A DNA stretch of 64,000 nucleotides. Source: SAR116 cluster bacterium AG-355-O21. Its GTDB lineage: Bacteria > Pseudomonadota > Alphaproteobacteria > Thalassobaculales > Thalassobaculaceae. Of the stretch, positions 46,471 to 57,474 are shown one piece after another (positions within the stretch are counted from its first letter, which is position 1; each line of letters starts with the position of its first letter). The DNA is taken from contig QCEM01000003.1 of NCBI GenBank assembly GCA_003280605.1, positions 24,210 to 88,209 on the forward strand, in the 5' to 3' direction. The position numbers and the translations under genes were made by a program. The notes under the pieces are model-generated. The model made no database searches and was not told where the DNA came from. It saw only the letters and a program-made list of their open reading frames with translations.

Positions 46471-47475
46471 ATGATCGTGGTCACTGGTGGTGCGGGCTTC
46501 ATTGGCTCAAATTTAGTTGCCGCCCTGGCAGCGGACGCGAGCCAAGGTGGCCCTGATGTTGTCGTTGTCGACCGTTTGGGGACGGATGATAAATGGCGCA
46601 ATCTTGCCAAGCATGAAATCGCTGACCTGATTACCCCCGAGGAGCTGCTGCCGTTTCTTGATGCCCATCAAAAACAGATTCAGCTGATTTACCATCTGGG
46701 AGCGTCGTCATCGACCACGGAAACCGACGTTGACTTCATCATGGCACAAAATTTTCGCCTCTCGATGGACCTGTGGCAGTGGTGCAGCCGCAACCAAACA
46801 CGCTTCATCTATGCCTCCTCGGCGGCCACCTATGGCGATGGCGACCAGGGTTTTGACGATGACAACGAATTGGCTGCCCTCGCGGCGCTTAAACCCTTAA
46901 ACCCCTATGGCTGGTCAAAGCATTTGTTTGACCGCAGGGTGCTGCGGCTTAGCAGTCGCGGCAGCCAGCAAACCGCCACCCCGCCGCAATGGGCCGGGCT
47001 AAAGTTTTTCAATGTCTACGGCCCGAATGAATATCATAAGGCCGGGCAAAAGAGTGTGGTCGCCCATTTGCATCCGAAAATTGCCGCCGGCAAACCCGCC
47101 GTATTGTTCAAATCACACCGCAACGGCATCCCTGACGGCGGCCAAATGCGCGATTTCATTTGGGTCGGTGATTGTGTCGATGTGATGCTGTGGCTGCGCG
47201 ATACGCCAACTGTCAGCGGCGTTTTCAATGTCGGAACCGGCAAAGCCCGCAGCTTTGCTGATCTTGCCAATGCCGTCTTTGCCGCCACCGGCTTGCCGCC
47301 GCAGATCGATTACATCGACACCCCCGAGGCGATCCGGGACAAATATCAATATTTCACCGAAGCCAGCATGACCCGGCTACGCAGCGCCGGCTACCCTGGT
47401 CAATTCACCACCTTAGAAGCCGGCGTCGAACGCTACGTCAGAGGTTTTTTAGGGGCCGATGATCCATATCTTTAA
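46471..47475 (+). CDS. hldD: ADP-glyceromanno-heptose 6-epimerase
   Basis: MIVVTGGAGFIGSNLV, FIYASSAATYG and NPYGWSK. Confidence 0.8.
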   Translation: MIVVTGGAGFIGSNLVAALAADASQGGPDVVVVDRLGTDDKWRNLAKHEIADLITPEELLPFLDAHQKQIQLIYHLGASSSTTETDVDFIMAQNFRLSMDLWQWCSRNQTRFIYASSAATYGDGDQGFDDDNELAALAALKPLNPYGWSKHLFDRRVLRLSSRGSQQTATPPQWAGLKFFNVYGPNEYHKAGQKSVVAHLHPKIAAGKPAVLFKSHRNGIPDGGQMRDFIWVGDCVDVMLWLRDTPTVSGVFNVGTGKARSFADLANAVFAATGLPPQIDYIDTPEAIRDKYQYFTEASMTRLRSAGYPGQFTTLEAGVERYVRGFLGADDPYL

Positions 47476-47493
47476 AACCAAGAGATCGTTGCC

Positions 47494-48303
47494 ATGATGG
47501 CATTTCCCGCAATTGATCCGATCGCGGTCGAAATTGGTCCGTTTGCCATCCGCTGGTATGCCCTGGCCTATATCGTCGGCATCTTGCTGGGCTGGAAATA
47601 TGCGGCCCGGCTCGCCGCAAACCTGCCGCAGCCGATCGCCAAACAGGTGTTTGATGATTTTGTGGTCTGGGCCACGCTGGGCATTGTGCTTGGTGGCCGG
47701 CTTGGCTATGTGATTTTTTATAACCCGCAATATTTTGCCGCTAACGCAATCGAAATTCTGATGGTTTGGCAAGGTGGCATGGCCTTTCATGGCGGTCTGA
47801 TCGGTGTCGTCGTCGCAACCTGGATGTTTAGTCGCCGGCATCGGATAAGTTTTTTAAGGCTTGCCGACGTAGTCTGTGCGGCCGCGCCGATTGGATTATT
47901 TTTCGGGCGTATCGCGAATTTCATTAACGGCGAGTTATGGGGGCGCGTCAGCGATGTTCCCTGGGCCATGGTCTTCCCCCATGCAGGTGCCGTCGGCCGT
48001 CATCCCAGCCAACTTTATCAAGCCGCCTTGGAGGGCATTCTGCTTTTTGTGGTGCTGGCCATCGCCGCCCGGGTCCCGGCTATCCGGTGTCGACCCGGCG
48101 TCCTGGCGGGAGTTTTTTTCTCAGGCTATGGGATTGCCCGAAGCGGCGCCGAACTGTTCCGCGAACCTGATACCCATTTGGGGTTTTTGATCGGCGGGGC
48201 GACCATGGGGCAATTGCTGTCCGTGCCGATGATCCTTTTTGGGTTGGGATTGATCGCCATGGTTTGGCGAGGGCCACAACAGGTAACCGGCAAAGATGGC
48301 TAG
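47494..48303 (+). CDS. lgt: Prolipoprotein diacylglyceryl transferase
   Basis: IRWYALAYIVGILLGW, GGRLGYV, HGGLIG and GRIANFINGELWGR. Confidence 0.9.
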   Translation: MMAFPAIDPIAVEIGPFAIRWYALAYIVGILLGWKYAARLAANLPQPIAKQVFDDFVVWATLGIVLGGRLGYVIFYNPQYFAANAIEILMVWQGGMAFHGGLIGVVVATWMFSRRHRISFLRLADVVCAAAPIGLFFGRIANFINGELWGRVSDVPWAMVFPHAGAVGRHPSQLYQAALEGILLFVVLAIAARVPAIRCRPGVLAGVFFSGYGIARSGAELFREPDTHLGFLIGGATMGQLLSVPMILFGLGLIAMVWRGPQQVTGKDG

Positions 48304-49378
48304 CGCAGCGGCCGATTTGGCCGCTTTACTAAGCCGGCAAATCGCCTTGATGGGCCCCTTAAGTGTCGCTGATTACATGGCCAGCTGCCTCGGCCATCCT
48401 CAGTTTGGCTATTACATCACCCGCGATCCGCTTGGCCGGGCCGGCGATTTCACAACCGCCCCTGAGATCAGCCAAATGTTTGGCGAGTTAATCGGCCTAT
48501 GGGCGGCGCAATGTTGGTTGCAAATGGGCAGCCCTGAAAAATTTGCTTTGGTGGAATTTGGTCCGGGTCGCGGTACCTTGGCCGCCGATGCCTTGCGTGC
48601 GGTCGATAAGGTGCCCGGATTTACCGCCGCCAAAAGGTTACATCTGGTGGAAACAAGTCCTGTTCTGCGGGCTCGACAAGCAGCCGCCTTGGCTGATGCC
48701 CAGCCTGTCTGGCACGATGAGCTAAGCACCGTGCCGGCGGGACCGGCTATTTTCATCGGCAATGAATTTCTTGACGCATTGCCGATCCAGCAGCTTATCC
48801 GGCAGGACGGGACATGGTTTGAGCGGTGCATTGATTGGGATGACAAAGCCGAACACTTCACCTGGTGCCGCACCGCTGCGGCCCCGGCGCTGGTGGACCA
48901 ACTGCCTGCCGGTGGCCGTGATGGTGATATTGCCGAACTTGCGCCAGCGGCGGCGGCCATAGCAGCAAGTATCGCCGACCGGGCCATTGCCGGCCCGACC
49001 GCAGCGTTGTTTATCGACTATGGTTACGCTCGCAGCACTTTTGGCGATAGCTTTCAAGCGCTACAGAATCACAAACCTGTTGACCCGTTATCGGCACCGG
49101 GGCAGGCAGACCTGACCGCGCATGTGGATTTTGCCGCCGTCGCGCGGGCCGCCGGCAAGGCACAGGTGCACGGGCCCATTGACCAAGGCGCGTTTTTGCT
49201 CCGCCTTGGCATTCAGCAACGAGCCGCCCGCTTGATGGCCCAAAATCCCGGACAATCAAAGCTGATCGAAAAAGCCCAACAGCGCTTGATTGGAGCGACC
49301 GAAATGGGCATGTTATTTAAAGCGCTAGCGATTACATCGCCAGGTCTTGCGGTGCCCGCTGGATTTGAAAATGTGTAA
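48296..49378 (+). CDS. Class I SAM-dependent methyltransferase (DUF185 / NDUFAF7-like)
   Basis: GDFTTAPEISQMFGELIG and EFGPGRGTL. Confidence 0.8.
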   Translation: MASAAADLAALLSRQIALMGPLSVADYMASCLGHPQFGYYITRDPLGRAGDFTTAPEISQMFGELIGLWAAQCWLQMGSPEKFALVEFGPGRGTLAADALRAVDKVPGFTAAKRLHLVETSPVLRARQAAALADAQPVWHDELSTVPAGPAIFIGNEFLDALPIQQLIRQDGTWFERCIDWDDKAEHFTWCRTAAAPALVDQLPAGGRDGDIAELAPAAAAIAASIADRAIAGPTAALFIDYGYARSTFGDSFQALQNHKPVDPLSAPGQADLTAHVDFAAVARAAGKAQVHGPIDQGAFLLRLGIQQRAARLMAQNPGQSKLIEKAQQRLIGATEMGMLFKALAITSPGLAVPAGFENV

Positions 49379-49414
49379 ACGTGGATAGGCGGATTTGATA
49401 CAGCGGGAAAGCTT

Positions 49415-50191
49415 GTGATCCAGATTGATGACTTTCCAAGCAAAGCTATTCGCCATGCGTATTATGGCCGGCGCGGTGGTGTCAGTGGTGGTGATTATAC
49501 ATCCCTGAACTGCGGCTTTGGATCCGCTGATAGCGCCAGCAATGTGACCGCCAACCGAGCCCGGGCGATGGCCGCCCTGGATCTTGACGCCGGCAGTTTG
49601 TTTACCTGTCACCAAATCCATTCAACCACCGTTGCAACCTTAGACAGTCATCCGGGCGAAACCGAAATCCGTGCCGATGCGATGGTCACCAGCACCCCTG
49701 GATTGGCCTTAGGGATTTTAACTGCCGATTGTGCGCCATTGTTATTTGCCGACCCGATCGATGGTATCATTGGCGCTGCCCATGCCGGCTGGCGCGGCGC
49801 GCTTGGTGAAATTGCCGCCGCCACCGTTGATGCGATGATCGAACTCGGGGCCCGCAGTGACAATATCCATGCCGCCATCGGGCCTTGTATTGGCGTGCAA
49901 TCCTATGAAGTCGGACCGGAATTTCCTGGCCCCTTTCTGGATCAAGCCGCGCGCAATGCAGTGTTCTTTGCGGCCGCTGCCCGCAGTGGTCACTTCATGT
50001 TTGATCTGGGCGGCTATCTTGCCGCACAGATGGATCGGTTGGGGCTGGCAGCAGTTCACCGCTTGGACTTTGATACCTGCAGTGATGAGGCGAATTTTTT
50101 TAGCTATCGGCGCTCGGTTTTAACGGGTAAAGCCGATTACGGCAGAGCGCTTGCAGTGATTGCCCTTGCCCCCCCGTTTGACCACAGCTGA
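49415..50191 (+). CDS. pgeF: Peptidoglycan editing factor PgeF (YfiH/DUF152 family)
   Basis: HQIHSTTV, DAMVTSTPGLALGILTADCAPLLF and HAGWRG. Confidence 0.85.
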   Translation: MIQIDDFPSKAIRHAYYGRRGGVSGGDYTSLNCGFGSADSASNVTANRARAMAALDLDAGSLFTCHQIHSTTVATLDSHPGETEIRADAMVTSTPGLALGILTADCAPLLFADPIDGIIGAAHAGWRGALGEIAAATVDAMIELGARSDNIHAAIGPCIGVQSYEVGPEFPGPFLDQAARNAVFFAAAARSGHFMFDLGGYLAAQMDRLGLAAVHRLDFDTCSDEANFFSYRRSVLTGKADYGRALAVIALAPPFDHS

Positions 50192-50241
50192 TCGCACACC
50201 CATGCCCTATCTTTACATCATGTTGTTTTTCACCCTGCTGT

Positions 50242-51156
50242 TTGGTTTGGCGACCTGTGTTCTGGTGGTCTAAGGCATATCTGCATCGGCCCATCGCGAT
50301 ACTGCTGATTTGCGGCTTTATCAGTGCCGGCCTGCTGAGCGGCTGCGGCACGCTGCCACAACCTTTTCGCCCTGCCGACGGCAGCAAGAGCCATAATCCA
50401 TTTTTGATCGCCCCCGAGGCCGCAGGGGTGACGATCATGCCAATCATCGGCATCGATGCCGATCGAGGGCAGCGGATCGCCCTGCAAATGGCAACATTAT
50501 TACAGCGCGCAGGCCTGCCTGCCGCCGTTGGCCGCAGCAATCCTGAAAGTCATCTTCTGACCGCTGCGGCGACGGTCCGTGCAGATGCGCAGACGGTTGA
50601 AATACGCTGGTTTCTGGATGCGCCAAGCGGCGAAAACAGGCTCCAGAAAACCGCCCTATGGCCGGCTGAAATTGATCCCCTGACAGCGCCGACAAACGCC
50701 CTGAACGCGCAATTAAATGCGATTGTAGCCGCCGTTGCGGCAGAGTTAAAAATACCGCCTGCCAGAAAACCGAAAGACGTCAGTTTCACCGTGTCGGCTG
50801 TGATCGGCGCACCGGCCGACGGCAATACCTATTTGCAGCAAGCCATGCAGATCCGCCTAAGGCGCGCCGGCTATCGGCTTCAAACAGATGATTTTGACGT
50901 TGATTACATTATTCTTGGCCACGTGACCGTCAGCAGCAGCAGCCCTGATGGCGAAACTATCGCGATCTCCTGGTCTTTGATGACGGCCGGTGGTGACCCG
51001 GTTGGACAGATCGAGCAAAGCAATAATGTCCCGGCCGGAACAGCCGCGCAATCGTGGCGGCGCATGGCCGGCGCGATCACCGATGCGGTCCTGCCTGCAG
51101 TGATCGCGCTGATCAAGAAAGCTGAATCTCAAAACTCATCATCGAAACGGCAATAG
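50242..51156 (+). CDS. Hypothetical lipoprotein with an internal two-fold repeat
   Basis: Signal peptide plus lipobox ([18 protein letters not shown]). Two similar ~100-aa halves. The start codon is non-ATG (TTG 50242 or GTG 50257). Confidence 0.6.
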   Translation: MVWRPVFWWSKAYLHRPIAILLICGFISAGLLSGCGTLPQPFRPADGSKSHNPFLIAPEAAGVTIMPIIGIDADRGQRIALQMATLLQRAGLPAAVGRSNPESHLLTAAATVRADAQTVEIRWFLDAPSGENRLQKTALWPAEIDPLTAPTNALNAQLNAIVAAVAAELKIPPARKPKDVSFTVSAVIGAPADGNTYLQQAMQIRLRRAGYRLQTDDFDVDYIILGHVTVSSSSPDGETIAISWSLMTAGGDPVGQIEQSNNVPAGTAAQSWRRMAGAITDAVLPAVIALIKKAESQNSSSKRQ

Positions 51157-51256
51157 CGCTTGCGCAACCAACAACCAGATTGATACTAATACTGCGATAT
51201 TAGTTGAGACGACGGAGAGCTGCGCGTGCGTCGCTTCCAGAAATGCAAGGGCGGAC

Positions 51257-52204
51257 ATGGATAACAACCGTATGAAGATTTTGGCCGGTAATTCGAACCG
51301 GCCACTCGCCAAGGCCATTGCCACCCATCTCAACAAACCGCTGGCGGAGGCGGATATTCGTCGCTTTGCGGATATGGAAATTTTTGTCGAGATTCAAGAA
51401 AATGTCCGTGGTGAGGATGTGTTCGTGGTGCAATCCACATCACATCCAGCAAATGATAATCTGATGGAGCTGTTGGTCACGCTGGATGCTTTAAAGCGGG
51501 GCTCGGCACGGCGCGTTACAGCGGTCATTCCATATTATGGCTATGCCCGTCAGGACCGGAAGTCTGGTCCCCGTACGCCGATTTCGGCAAAGCTGGTAGC
51601 CAATCTGATCACCAGCGCCGGTGCCGATCGGGTTTTGACCATTGATTTACACGCCGGCCAAATCCAAGGCTTTTTCGATATTCCCACCGATAACCTGTTC
51701 GCTGCGCCGGTTTTTTATGACGATATCAAAGCACGCTACAACGGCGATGAATTAATGATGGTCTCACCCGACGTTGGCGGCGTGGTCCGCGCCCGGGCAC
51801 TGGCCCGCCGGCTTGACGCCGATCTGGCAATCATTGATAAGCGCCGCGAACGCGCCGGGGTGTCCGAAGTGATGAATATCATCGGTGATGTTGCCGGCCG
51901 GCGCTGCATTTTGGTCGATGACATCGTTGATTCCGGCGGCACGCTGTGCAATGCCGCCGAAGCTTTGACAGAAGCAGGCGCCGTATCGGTTGATGCCTAT
52001 ATCACCCATGGGGTGTTATCAGGCGGTGCCGTCGCGCGGGTTACCGCATCGCCGTTGGCCTCTTTGGTCACCACCGACAGTATTGAAGCAACCGAAGCTG
52101 TGTTAGCTGCGCATAACATTCGGCAAATCTCGGTTGCGCCCTTACTGGGGGAGGCTGTGCGCCGAATCAATGAGGAGCGATCGGTTTCGAGCTTGTTTAA
52201 TTAG
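51257..52204 (+). CDS. prs: Ribose-phosphate pyrophosphokinase
   Basis: [25 protein letters not shown] and [10 protein letters not shown]. Confidence 0.95.
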   Translation: MDNNRMKILAGNSNRPLAKAIATHLNKPLAEADIRRFADMEIFVEIQENVRGEDVFVVQSTSHPANDNLMELLVTLDALKRGSARRVTAVIPYYGYARQDRKSGPRTPISAKLVANLITSAGADRVLTIDLHAGQIQGFFDIPTDNLFAAPVFYDDIKARYNGDELMMVSPDVGGVVRARALARRLDADLAIIDKRRERAGVSEVMNIIGDVAGRRCILVDDIVDSGGTLCNAAEALTEAGAVSVDAYITHGVLSGGAVARVTASPLASLVTTDSIEATEAVLAAHNIRQISVAPLLGEAVRRINEERSVSSLFN

Positions 52205-52369
52205 ACCACAAACAAGCTGATTCAACCGCTCTGCCGAAATCACTAGCCTTTTGCCCGTAGAATCGGTAAAAACCCCGCGCTCGCTTCATTGGGCCCGATC
52301 CGGCACCCCTGGAGGCCGGTTGACCGATGGTCAGCGCTATCGCGGATGACCAAACACAAGGAGTAGTCG

Positions 52370-53005
52370 ATGTCTGACATGATTAGTATTACTGCTGCGA
52401 TGCGTGATGGGGTCGGTAAGGGGTCCGCCCGCGCCAATCGCCGCCAAGGCCTGGTGCCGGCCGTTATCTATGGTGACAAGAAAGCACCGATCTCAATCAC
52501 GGTTGAAAGCCGGGGTTTAGAACGTATCTATCATCGTGGTGGATTTTTTACGAATATTTTCGAAATCGAAATTGACGGTAAAGCGCATCGTGTTCTGGCC
52601 CGTGATGCGCAATTACATCCGGTCAAAGACACCATCATGCATGTGGACTTTTTGCGAGTGTCGGCGAAGACTCGCGTCACCGTCGAAGTTCCGGTCACGT
52701 TCTTGAACGAGGCCACATGTCCCGGCATTAAAACCGGTGGCGTGTTGAACATTGTGCGCCGGGAAGTTGAATTAGTCTGTCCGGCCGATGCGATTCCGGA
52801 AACCATCGAACTTGATCTGGGCGCCGTGCAGGCGGGTGAAAGCGTTCACATTAGCGCGATTAGCTTGCCAAAAGGCATTACACCTGCGATCACCGATCGT
52901 GACTTCACCATCTGCTCAATTGCCAACCCAAGTGGCGGCGGTCAAAGTGAGACCGAAGAGACTGCAGATGAGGCTGCTGAGGGCGGCGGCGAGGAAGAGA
53001 GCTAA
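52370..53005 (+). CDS. rplY: 50S ribosomal protein L25 / general stress protein Ctc
   Basis: RRQGLVPAVIYG..HPVKDTIMHVDFLRV and an acidic C-terminal tail. Confidence 0.9.
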   Translation: MSDMISITAAMRDGVGKGSARANRRQGLVPAVIYGDKKAPISITVESRGLERIYHRGGFFTNIFEIEIDGKAHRVLARDAQLHPVKDTIMHVDFLRVSAKTRVTVEVPVTFLNEATCPGIKTGGVLNIVRREVELVCPADAIPETIELDLGAVQAGESVHISAISLPKGITPAITDRDFTICSIANPSGGGQSETEETADEAAEGGGEEES

Positions 53006-53056
53006 GGCGACAAGCCAAGAGTTTCTTGAACCACGAACCACAGGAGGGATTGCCAT

Positions 53057-53785
53057 ATGCTGTTATTTGTCGGCCTTGGCAATCCCGGCCTGAAATATGC
53101 CCATAATCGACATAACCTTGGCTTTATGGCCCTCAATGAGCTGGCCCGACGGTATCAATTCCCAGCCGCGCGGCAACGCTTCAAATCACATTTTCAAGAG
53201 GGTCAGATTGCCGGCCAACGCGTGCTGTTGCAAAAGCCCGAAACTTTCATGAATGAATCAGGCCGCGCCGTCGGTGAAGCCTTACGGTTTTTCAAACTTG
53301 CCGCCAGCGATGTAACGGTGTTTTACGACGACCTTGATTTGAAACCAGGGAAAGTCAAAATCAAATACGGTGGCGGGGCCGGCGGCCATAATGGCCTGCG
53401 AAGTCTGGACGCGCACATCGGCAGTGATTATCGGCGGGTGCGCATCGGCATCGGTCACCCCGGCAGTAAAGATGCCGTGCTTCGCTATGTGTTAGATGAT
53501 TTTGCGAAAGTTGAGCAAGCCGGTTGGCTGGCAGATCTTATTCCCGGCATCGCCGGTGAGATCGAGGCATTGATTACCGGTGACGATGGTCGTTTTATGA
53601 GCCGGCTGGCACATATTGTTTTCCCGCCCCCGCTGAAGCCGCCAAAGAGCACTGCGCGCGGCACGGCAACGGTCCCGGCGGCAGCAACCAAAGCCGCAAC
53701 CTCTAAAACGCCAGATACCGACACGGCATTAAGCGCGGCACTGGCCCGCGCCGGCCATCTTAATAAGCCAATCGACGAGGATTGA
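53057..53785 (+). CDS. pth: Peptidyl-tRNA hydrolase
   Basis: LFVGLGNPG..Y..NRHNLGF, FMNESG and GGHNGLRS, with an alpha-type Pro/Ala/Thr-rich C-terminal extension. Confidence 0.95.
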   Translation: MLLFVGLGNPGLKYAHNRHNLGFMALNELARRYQFPAARQRFKSHFQEGQIAGQRVLLQKPETFMNESGRAVGEALRFFKLAASDVTVFYDDLDLKPGKVKIKYGGGAGGHNGLRSLDAHIGSDYRRVRIGIGHPGSKDAVLRYVLDDFAKVEQAGWLADLIPGIAGEIEALITGDDGRFMSRLAHIVFPPPLKPPKSTARGTATVPAAATKAATSKTPDTDTALSAALARAGHLNKPIDED

Positions 53786-53786
53786 A

Positions 53787-54890
53787 ATGGGATTCAAGCT
53801 AGGGATCGTGGGGTTACCTAACGTCGGTAAATCCACATTGTTTAACGCGTTGACGGCAACAGCTGCTGCGGAGGCGGCAAACTATCCGTTCTGCACGATT
53901 GAGCCGAATACCGGCCGTGTCGCCGTGCCTGATAAACGCTTAGACGTTTTAAGTGAGCTTGGGAAGTCCGCCAAAACCATCCCCACGCAGATTGAATTTG
54001 TCGATATCGCCGGCCTGGTGCGCGGTGCCAGCCAAGGCGAGGGATTAGGCAATCAGTTCTTGGCACATATCCGTGAAGTCGACGCCATCGCCTATGTGCT
54101 GCGGTGTTTTGAATCCGATGACATTACCCATGTCGAGGGCAATATTGACCCCATTCGGGACGCTGAAACAGTTGAAACTGAATTGATGTTGGCCGATCTG
54201 GAAAGCCTCGAGCGACGGGCCGATAGCGCGGCAAAAAAAGCCCGGGCAAAGGATAAAATCGCTTTGCAAGAAGCCCCTGTGATGGCTCGCATTCTGGCGG
54301 TGCTGCGCGACGGTCAACCGGCCCGGGTGATCACCGATTGGTCCCGTGAGGAGCGAATCATCGTCCGGCAGTTGCAATTGTTGACCACCAAGCCGGTGCT
54401 TTATGTTTGTAATGTTGACGAAGAAAGCGCTGCCAACGGCAACGCTTTGAGTGCCAAGGTTTTTGCCCAGGCCGCCGCCGAGGATACCGAGGCCGTGGTC
54501 ATCTCGGCCGCCATTGAGGCTGAGATTTCCCAGCTTGGCTCGGTTGAGGAAAAGAATGAGTTTTTAGAAACCCTCGGGCTGGAGGAGGCGGGCCTAAACC
54601 GGCTGATTGCAGCTGGCTATCGGCTGCTGGATCTGATCACCTTTTTCACTGTTGGCCCCAAAGAGGCCCGCGCCTGGACTGTTCGCCGGGAGGCAACCGC
54701 GCCGCAAGCAGCAGGCGTCATCCATTCCGATTTTGAACGCGGCTTTATCCGGGCCGAGACCATTGCCTATGATGATTTTGAGCGCTTAGGCGGCGAGCAA
54801 GGCGCCAAGGATAGCGGTAAAATGCGCGTCGAAGGCGCAGAATATTTGGTCAAAGACGGGGATGTTTTTCATTTTCGATTCAATGTTTAA
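53787..54890 (+). CDS. ychF: Redox-regulated ATPase YchF
   Basis: [26 protein letters not shown] and C-terminal [13 protein letters not shown]. Confidence 0.95.
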   Translation: MGFKLGIVGLPNVGKSTLFNALTATAAAEAANYPFCTIEPNTGRVAVPDKRLDVLSELGKSAKTIPTQIEFVDIAGLVRGASQGEGLGNQFLAHIREVDAIAYVLRCFESDDITHVEGNIDPIRDAETVETELMLADLESLERRADSAAKKARAKDKIALQEAPVMARILAVLRDGQPARVITDWSREERIIVRQLQLLTTKPVLYVCNVDEESAANGNALSAKVFAQAAAEDTEAVVISAAIEAEISQLGSVEEKNEFLETLGLEEAGLNRLIAAGYRLLDLITFFTVGPKEARAWTVRREATAPQAAGVIHSDFERGFIRAETIAYDDFERLGGEQGAKDSGKMRVEGAEYLVKDGDVFHFRFNV

Positions 54891-54922
54891 GCTTGCGACG
54901 CCAACTCATACGGAGGAATAAA

Positions 54923-55591
54923 ATGTCAGAAATTTTGAAACTAACCGCCAGCGACGGCCATAAATTTGATGCCTATTTGGCGCAGCCGGCCGGAAAGCCG
55001 CGCGCCGGGGTAATTGTCATCCAAGAAATTTTTGGCGTGAACAGCCATATTCGCGGTGTCACCGATAGCTATGCCAAAGAAGGCTATCTGGCCATCGCAC
55101 CGGCGCTTTTTGACCGTATCCGCCCGAATATCGAACTTGGCTATGAAGCAGAGGACGTTACCGCTGGTTTGGAGTTGAAAGGACAGGTTGCACCAGAACA
55201 AGCGGTTCTCGACCTGCAAGCTGCGGTCACGGCCGTCAATGCCGCAGGCAAGGTTGGCGTTGTTGGCTATTGCTGGGGCGGCTTGATGACCTGGTTGGCC
55301 GCAACCCGCGTCACCGGCATTGCTGCCGCATCATCCTATTACGGCGGCGGCACCGTTAATTACATTGATGAAACACCGCATTGTCCGGTCATGTTCCACT
55401 TTGGTGACCAGGACCACGCCATCCCCATGGAACAGGTTGAAACAATTCAGCAACGCCAACCTGATAGCGCCTTGCATGTTTATCCCGCAGGGCACGGTTT
55501 TAATTGCGATCAACGCGGTAGCTATGAAGAAGTATCGGCCCGTATCGCGCGCGACAGAACGCTGGACTTTTTCGCCAAAAACCTTGTATAG
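54923..55591 (+). CDS. Dienelactone hydrolase family protein
   Basis: SD GGAGG 7 nt upstream. VIQEIFGVNSHIR, GYCWGG and HGF. Confidence 0.8.
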   Translation: MSEILKLTASDGHKFDAYLAQPAGKPRAGVIVIQEIFGVNSHIRGVTDSYAKEGYLAIAPALFDRIRPNIELGYEAEDVTAGLELKGQVAPEQAVLDLQAAVTAVNAAGKVGVVGYCWGGLMTWLAATRVTGIAAASSYYGGGTVNYIDETPHCPVMFHFGDQDHAIPMEQVETIQQRQPDSALHVYPAGHGFNCDQRGSYEEVSARIARDRTLDFFAKNLV

Positions 55592-55673
55592 AGGATTTAT
55601 ATAGAGCGCGTTGTTGGAATCGGTTGACGGCGCTCTTACCCAAAAAGGGGATGTTATTTCTTCTTCATCGCAC

Positions 55674-56882
55674 ATGCCTCCCGCCTTCCGATGGCGCTCG
55701 CCGGCGGTCATTATTATTGCCGGTTGCCTGATTTCAATGATCGGTTTCGGGGTTAGATCCAGTTTTGGATTCTTCATGGAGCCAATATCATTTACCCATG
55801 GCTGGGGCCGAGATATCTTCAGCTTGGCGATGGCAATCCAGAATATTATGTGGGGTATCGGCGTCTTTGTCGCCGGTGCCATTGCCGATCGCCGGGGCCC
55901 TGTATTGGTGCTGATGTTTGGCTCATTGATCTATGCCGGCGGTGTCTTTGGCATGAGTATCGCCGACGCGCCACTGCTTCTGCAGCTGACTGGTGGTTTG
56001 ATGACCGGCCTGGGTGTTGCCTTTACGGCTTTCTCATTGGTTATTGCGGTGATGGCGAAGGTTGTTAGCCCGGAGCGCCGGGCGCTTGTGCTGGGCCTGG
56101 GAACGGCCGCCGGATCTGCCGGACAGGTGATCTTCGCCCCCATTGCCCAGGGCTATATGCAAAACTATGGCTGGGCGGCAACGCTGGTCATGCTGGCCGG
56201 AATCGTGCTTGTGATTATTCCGCTTACCTGGTGCCTGCCACGCGGCCAAGTCGTCGACGATGCGGCCAATAAACAATCGTTAAAGGAAGCGCTATCGGAA
56301 GCCTTAGAGCATCGTGGCTTTATTTTGCTGACAATCGGGTTCTTTGTTTGCGGCTTCCATGTCGCTTTCATCAGCGTGCATCTACCGGCCTATGTGAACG
56401 ATCTTGGGCTTGCCGCCGGCACGGCGGCAGCCGCCATATCAATCATTGGGTTTTGTAATATCGCCGGTGCTTTCGGCGCAGGTCTATATGGCCAGCGTTA
56501 TTCCATGAAGAACGGCTTGAGCATGCTTTATTTCTTACGTGCCGTCGCCATCCTTGGCCTGCTTCTGGCGCCCAAGACTGAGATCACGATTATGGTTTTT
56601 TCCGTCGCCATGGGCTTTCTTTGGCTCTCAACCGTGCCTTTGACGACAGCGATTGTGGGCCAGGTGTTCGGAATCCGCTACCTCGCGACGTTATTTGGGT
56701 TCGTTTTTTTAAGCCACCAACTGGGCAGTTTCGCCGGCATCTATTTAGGCGGCTATCTGTTTGATGTTTTCGGCAGCTATGATCCTATTTGGTGGGCAGG
56801 TGTTGCCTTAGGGGTGGCCGCTGCCATCATCCATCTGCCGATTAACGAGCAACCCTTGAAACGCCTGCAAGCAGCTGAATAA
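55674..56882 (+). CDS. MFS transporter
   Basis: Twelve predicted TM segments. The start is uncertain (the track ORF opens at 55611). Confidence 0.75.
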   Translation: MPPAFRWRSPAVIIIAGCLISMIGFGVRSSFGFFMEPISFTHGWGRDIFSLAMAIQNIMWGIGVFVAGAIADRRGPVLVLMFGSLIYAGGVFGMSIADAPLLLQLTGGLMTGLGVAFTAFSLVIAVMAKVVSPERRALVLGLGTAAGSAGQVIFAPIAQGYMQNYGWAATLVMLAGIVLVIIPLTWCLPRGQVVDDAANKQSLKEALSEALEHRGFILLTIGFFVCGFHVAFISVHLPAYVNDLGLAAGTAAAAISIIGFCNIAGAFGAGLYGQRYSMKNGLSMLYFLRAVAILGLLLAPKTEITIMVFSVAMGFLWLSTVPLTTAIVGQVFGIRYLATLFGFVFLSHQLGSFAGIYLGGYLFDVFGSYDPIWWAGVALGVAAAIIHLPINEQPLKRLQAAE

Positions 56883-56998
56883 GGCGCTGACTTGCGCCGC
56901 CTGGGGTGCCGACTTAACGGTTTTTCATCCGCCGTCGCTAGATTAGTGCGACAAATGCACCATCTGTTAGTGAACGCATAATTGATGGGGATCTGACG

Positions 56999-57469
56999 AT
57001 GAAAATTTTACTCTCCGCGCTGGTTTTTACCAGCCTGTTATTCAGCCAAGAAACTGCTGTCGCTGCCGGCAGCGGCGATAGTGAGGCAGCGGCAGAAAGC
57101 AGCCTGTTTCATTCCGGCCGCAGCGCCGTCAAAGCCGAGCGATTTTCCGATGCCACTGAAATTTTCATGCAAGTCACTGCCGAAGAACCCAAAAATGCCG
57201 ATGCTTGGAATTATCTTGGGTTCAGCAGCCGCAAGCTGAAACGTTTTGCGGATGCTGAGAAATTTTATCTAAAAGCGCTTGCTTTGTCACCTGCGCATCT
57301 GGGCGCAAATGAATATTTGGGCGAACTCTATTTGCAAACAAATCGCCTTGCCAAAGCCGAAGAACGGTTGGCGGTGCTGGATCGTGCGTGTCTATTCAGC
57401 TGCGAAGAATATGACCAACTCAAAGACTCAATCGCGACCTTTAAAAAGACCGGCAAATCACGTTACTAA
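56999..57469 (+). CDS. Secreted tetratricopeptide-repeat protein
   Basis: Signal peptide MKILLSALVFTSLLFSQETAVA, then TPR-like ADAWNYLGFSSRKLKRFADAEKFYLKALALSP. Confidence 0.65.
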   Translation: MKILLSALVFTSLLFSQETAVAAGSGDSEAAAESSLFHSGRSAVKAERFSDATEIFMQVTAEEPKNADAWNYLGFSSRKLKRFADAEKFYLKALALSPAHLGANEYLGELYLQTNRLAKAEERLAVLDRACLFSCEEYDQLKDSIATFKKTGKSRY

Positions 57470-57474
57470 CGCTT

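Noticed and set aside
50202-50273. 23-codon hydrophobic mini-ORF ([23 protein letters not shown]) right after pgeF.
   Set aside because: It has no Shine-Dalgarno and overlaps the likely non-ATG start of the lipoprotein gene in another frame. Its hydrophobicity may be a by-product of the T-rich sequence. It is kept only as a note.
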